Positions 62,036 to 64,000 of a stretch of 64,000 nucleotides of DNA are shown here, piece after piece. Each line of letters begins with the position of its first letter. The stretch's first letter is position 1. The DNA is from a virus. Lineage: Duplodnaviria; Heunggongvirae; Uroviricota; Caudoviricetes. The stretch lies in the IMG/VR virus record IMGVR_UViG_3300032053_000007, one strand, 5' to 3'. Made by a program: the position numbers and the translations under genes. The notes under the pieces were generated by a model. It made no database searches. It saw only the letters and a program-made list of their open reading frames with translations, and was not told the DNA's origin.

Positions 62036-62091
62036 ACACTTAAATAGGAACGTTTATATAGCTCGCCGCATACGTTACTATTGGTGAAAAA

Positions 62092-62223
62092 ATGACCAAC
62101 AACAAAAAGCCCAAAAAGTTGAGCACGGAAGACTTTAACGCGATATTTGACGCGATAAGGAACACGGAAAAACACCCAAAAATAAAATTCTCATGTCGAA
62201 CGTTCAGAGGAGTCAGGGACTAA
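62092..62223 (+). CDS. 43-aa small basic protein
   Basis: Hand-translated. Confidence 0.3.
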   Translation: MTNNKKPKKLSTEDFNAIFDAIRNTEKHPKIKFSCRTFRGVRD

Positions 62224-62310
62224 AACCCTTTTTCTTTTGTAGTTCTGTTGTACACTTGAATCGAAAGGTATATAAGGAACGGTGTACACATACTATTGAG
62301 GGAAAAACTC

Positions 62311-62538
62311 ATGGCAAGGACAATAAGGGTTAACGTGGTTGTGTGCTACAGAAATAGGCTTACAAGAATGTTTAAAAACGTTGAACTTGACATAACACAC
62401 ATAAACGAACTTAATAACCGTAACATGTCAAGAGCGTTCGAAGAACAATACCCTAAACTCGTGGCAAAAATCCCAACGTGGACGGACAACCGAGGGTTTA
62501 CTTTTAGGGCTAACTTCGAATGTGAACCGCTCTACTAA
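62311..62538 (+). CDS. hypothetical protein (about 75 aa)
   Basis: Track ORF 62296-62538. Confidence 0.45.
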   Translation: MARTIRVNVVVCYRNRLTRMFKNVELDITHINELNNRNMSRAFEEQYPKLVAKIPTWTDNRGFTFRANFECEPLY

Positions 62539-62758
62539 AACCCCAATTTTTTGTGTATTTCTGTTCTACAGTTAAAAGCGAAGGTTTAAATAGGTCGGCG
62601 ATATACTATATTTGTCGAGCGCGGGACTCGGCGGCGCGAGCTATCGGATATTACATGGGCACGGACGGCAAGAATCCACCGAAACGTTTATAAGCAACCG
62701 CCTCACCAGAACCTTTATAAGTCTCTGTGCTATACTATTCTATAAGGACTGTGAAAAC

Positions 62759-63052
62759 ATGATAGACATGAATAAGGTCAGTATGGCGTTAACTCTAACA
62801 AACGCGAAGTTAAACGCTCTCTCAACAGAAAAATACAACACACTAAAAGCCTCTGTTGACGTACCACTTGAACCGCTGGAAATAGTGAAATATCAGAATC
62901 TAAAAGCTATCGCCCAAATAGAACAGAAAATTTCACTCGAAGTTGCACTCTGGATATACACGGCAATTGAGCATTGGGCAAAAACGACACTAGGAGAAAA
63001 AATTCTGATAACTCAAATGATAGCTGGCTGGGCTGGGATTCTTCGCAAATAA
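62759..63052 (+). CDS. hypothetical protein (97 aa)
   Basis: ATG after the promoter (track ORF 62612-63052 over-extended). Confidence 0.45.
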   Translation: MIDMNKVSMALTLTNAKLNALSTEKYNTLKASVDVPLEPLEIVKYQNLKAIAQIEQKISLEVALWIYTAIEHWAKTTLGEKILITQMIAGWAGILRK

Positions 63053-63141
63053 ACCCTTTCTTTTCTGTATTATTGTTCTACAGTCAAAAGCAAACGTTTA
63101 AATACCTCTCTGAACATATACTATTATTGGTGAAAAGCGCA

Positions 63142-63288
63142 ATGAGAAACCGAAAAAGAGAATTTAGTTATGAAGAGCAACCTAGACAAATAGCTCTAGC
63201 ATTTGAACGTGAGCTATTGATAATCTGCGCTCAAGTAGAACAAGCCGAAAAAATCGAAGCACAAAAAAGACGAGGTTATCAAGTATGA
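63142..63288 (+). CDS. 48-aa small protein
   Basis: ATG after TATA at 63095 (track ORF 62974-63288). Confidence 0.35.
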   Translation: MRNRKREFSYEEQPRQIALAFERELLIICAQVEQAEKIEAQKRRGYQV

Positions 63289-63377
63289 GCGAATTACTAA
63301 TAGCTCTCTTAGGCATCTTTTCAGCGTGGTTTATCTCTGACCAACTGATACAGAACGTAGGCAAAAAGAAAAAGTAA
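63285..63377 (+). CDS. 30-aa membrane mini-protein
   Basis: ATGA overlap. Confidence 0.25.
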   Translation: MSELLIALLGIFSAWFISDQLIQNVGKKKK

Positions 63378-63389
63378 GAGGGCTTCAAT

Positions 63390-64000
63390 ACAGCACGGGC
63401 TAATTGCCCGTGTTCCTAGTGATTAGCCTCTAGGTAGAATATAGCTAACTGATGAACCTTATAGGCTATGGTTTATAGGGTCAAGGTTGTTGCACTACAC
63501 TTGCAAGCTAGAGGCTATCACACAATAATACTTTTAGTACAACTAATTAGTTACACTTTTAGTTATACCAAATCCTTATATACTAGCCTGTTTCACTTGT
63601 GCACAACACTACTATATAAACCTTTCACAACCCTTATATACTAGAGCCTCACTCACGAGCACAGCACTACTATATAAGGCTTACGCAACCCTTATATACT
63701 ACACCCTACCCCCTACCCCTATTTAAACTTATCGCAACGCTTATATACTAGACCCGCCCCTCTACCCCCTTATAAAGCTATCGGACAATTCTCAGTTGCA
63801 CTTTCGGTTGCACCCACAAGAGCACTAACAATTATCACAAAAAGTACAACTTTCAGTTACATCAACAAGTCCCCCGCCAGTTCCACCCACAGGCGAATCA
63901 GAGGTAATATAGTCCCCCCCTAAACACAGGAATTCGATTTTGGTGGATGGGACTAAGCTGGGTAAATTGCCCTATGTTTCAACTGGGTCATGATGTTTCA
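63390..64000. repeat. ORF-free repeat island at the window end (tandem CCTTATATACTA boxes)
   Basis: At least 6 TATA-like boxes 63560-63760, CCCTACCCCCTACCCC, GTTGCACTTTCGGTTGCAC. Confidence 0.5.

Overview
The window is AT-rich (about 38-40% GC, estimated by eye), densely coding and almost entirely plus-strand. It looks like an archaeal virus or plasmid-like mobile element. About 30 transcription units carry a BRE/TATA-type promoter (TTTATATA or TTTATAAG), usually inside one conserved roughly 40-nt module (TGA-GCATGG, T-tract, BRE, TATA, GACGCTGRCATMTATACT). Ribosome-binding sites are GGTG-type with short leaders. A perfect palindrome, TTAATCA-NN-TGATTAA, recurs about 22 times next to these promoters and in ORF-free islands. 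The most striking feature is roughly 90 tiny genes (30-110 aa), mostly CxxC...CxxC Zn-ribbon proteins that fall into a few paralogous families. They sit in three translationally coupled mega-arrays at about 15.9-25.0 kb, 35.2-41.6 kb and 48.6-51.9 kb, with extra copies on the minus strand at 12.5-12.9 kb. Nearly every one ends with the same roughly 21-nt junction, GARAAGGTGCARTTYACNTGA, which encodes C-terminal -EKVQFT and overlaps the next start codon as ATGA, TTGA or GTGA. Larger genes with recognisable motifs are two GT2 glycosyltransferases, a dual-specificity phosphatase, an ATP-dependent ligase-like nucleotidyltransferase, a ParB-like nuclease-domain protein, HNH endonucleases, a KaiC/RecA-like ATPase, two further P-loop ATPases, an SPFH/band-7 protein next to a secreted tandem-repeat protein, five small HExxH proteins, and an HExxH-vWA fusion protein beside a MoxR-type AAA+ ATPase. 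GC-rich stretches free of ORFs but with their own promoters look like structured ncRNAs (14.45-14.77 kb, 52.8-53.45 kb, and a duplicated 179-nt element at 42.34 and 56.35 kb). Several ORF-free islands are packed with repeats and may be an origin, att site or terminal region. All coordinates for sub-60-aa genes were derived by hand and may be off by 1-2 nt.
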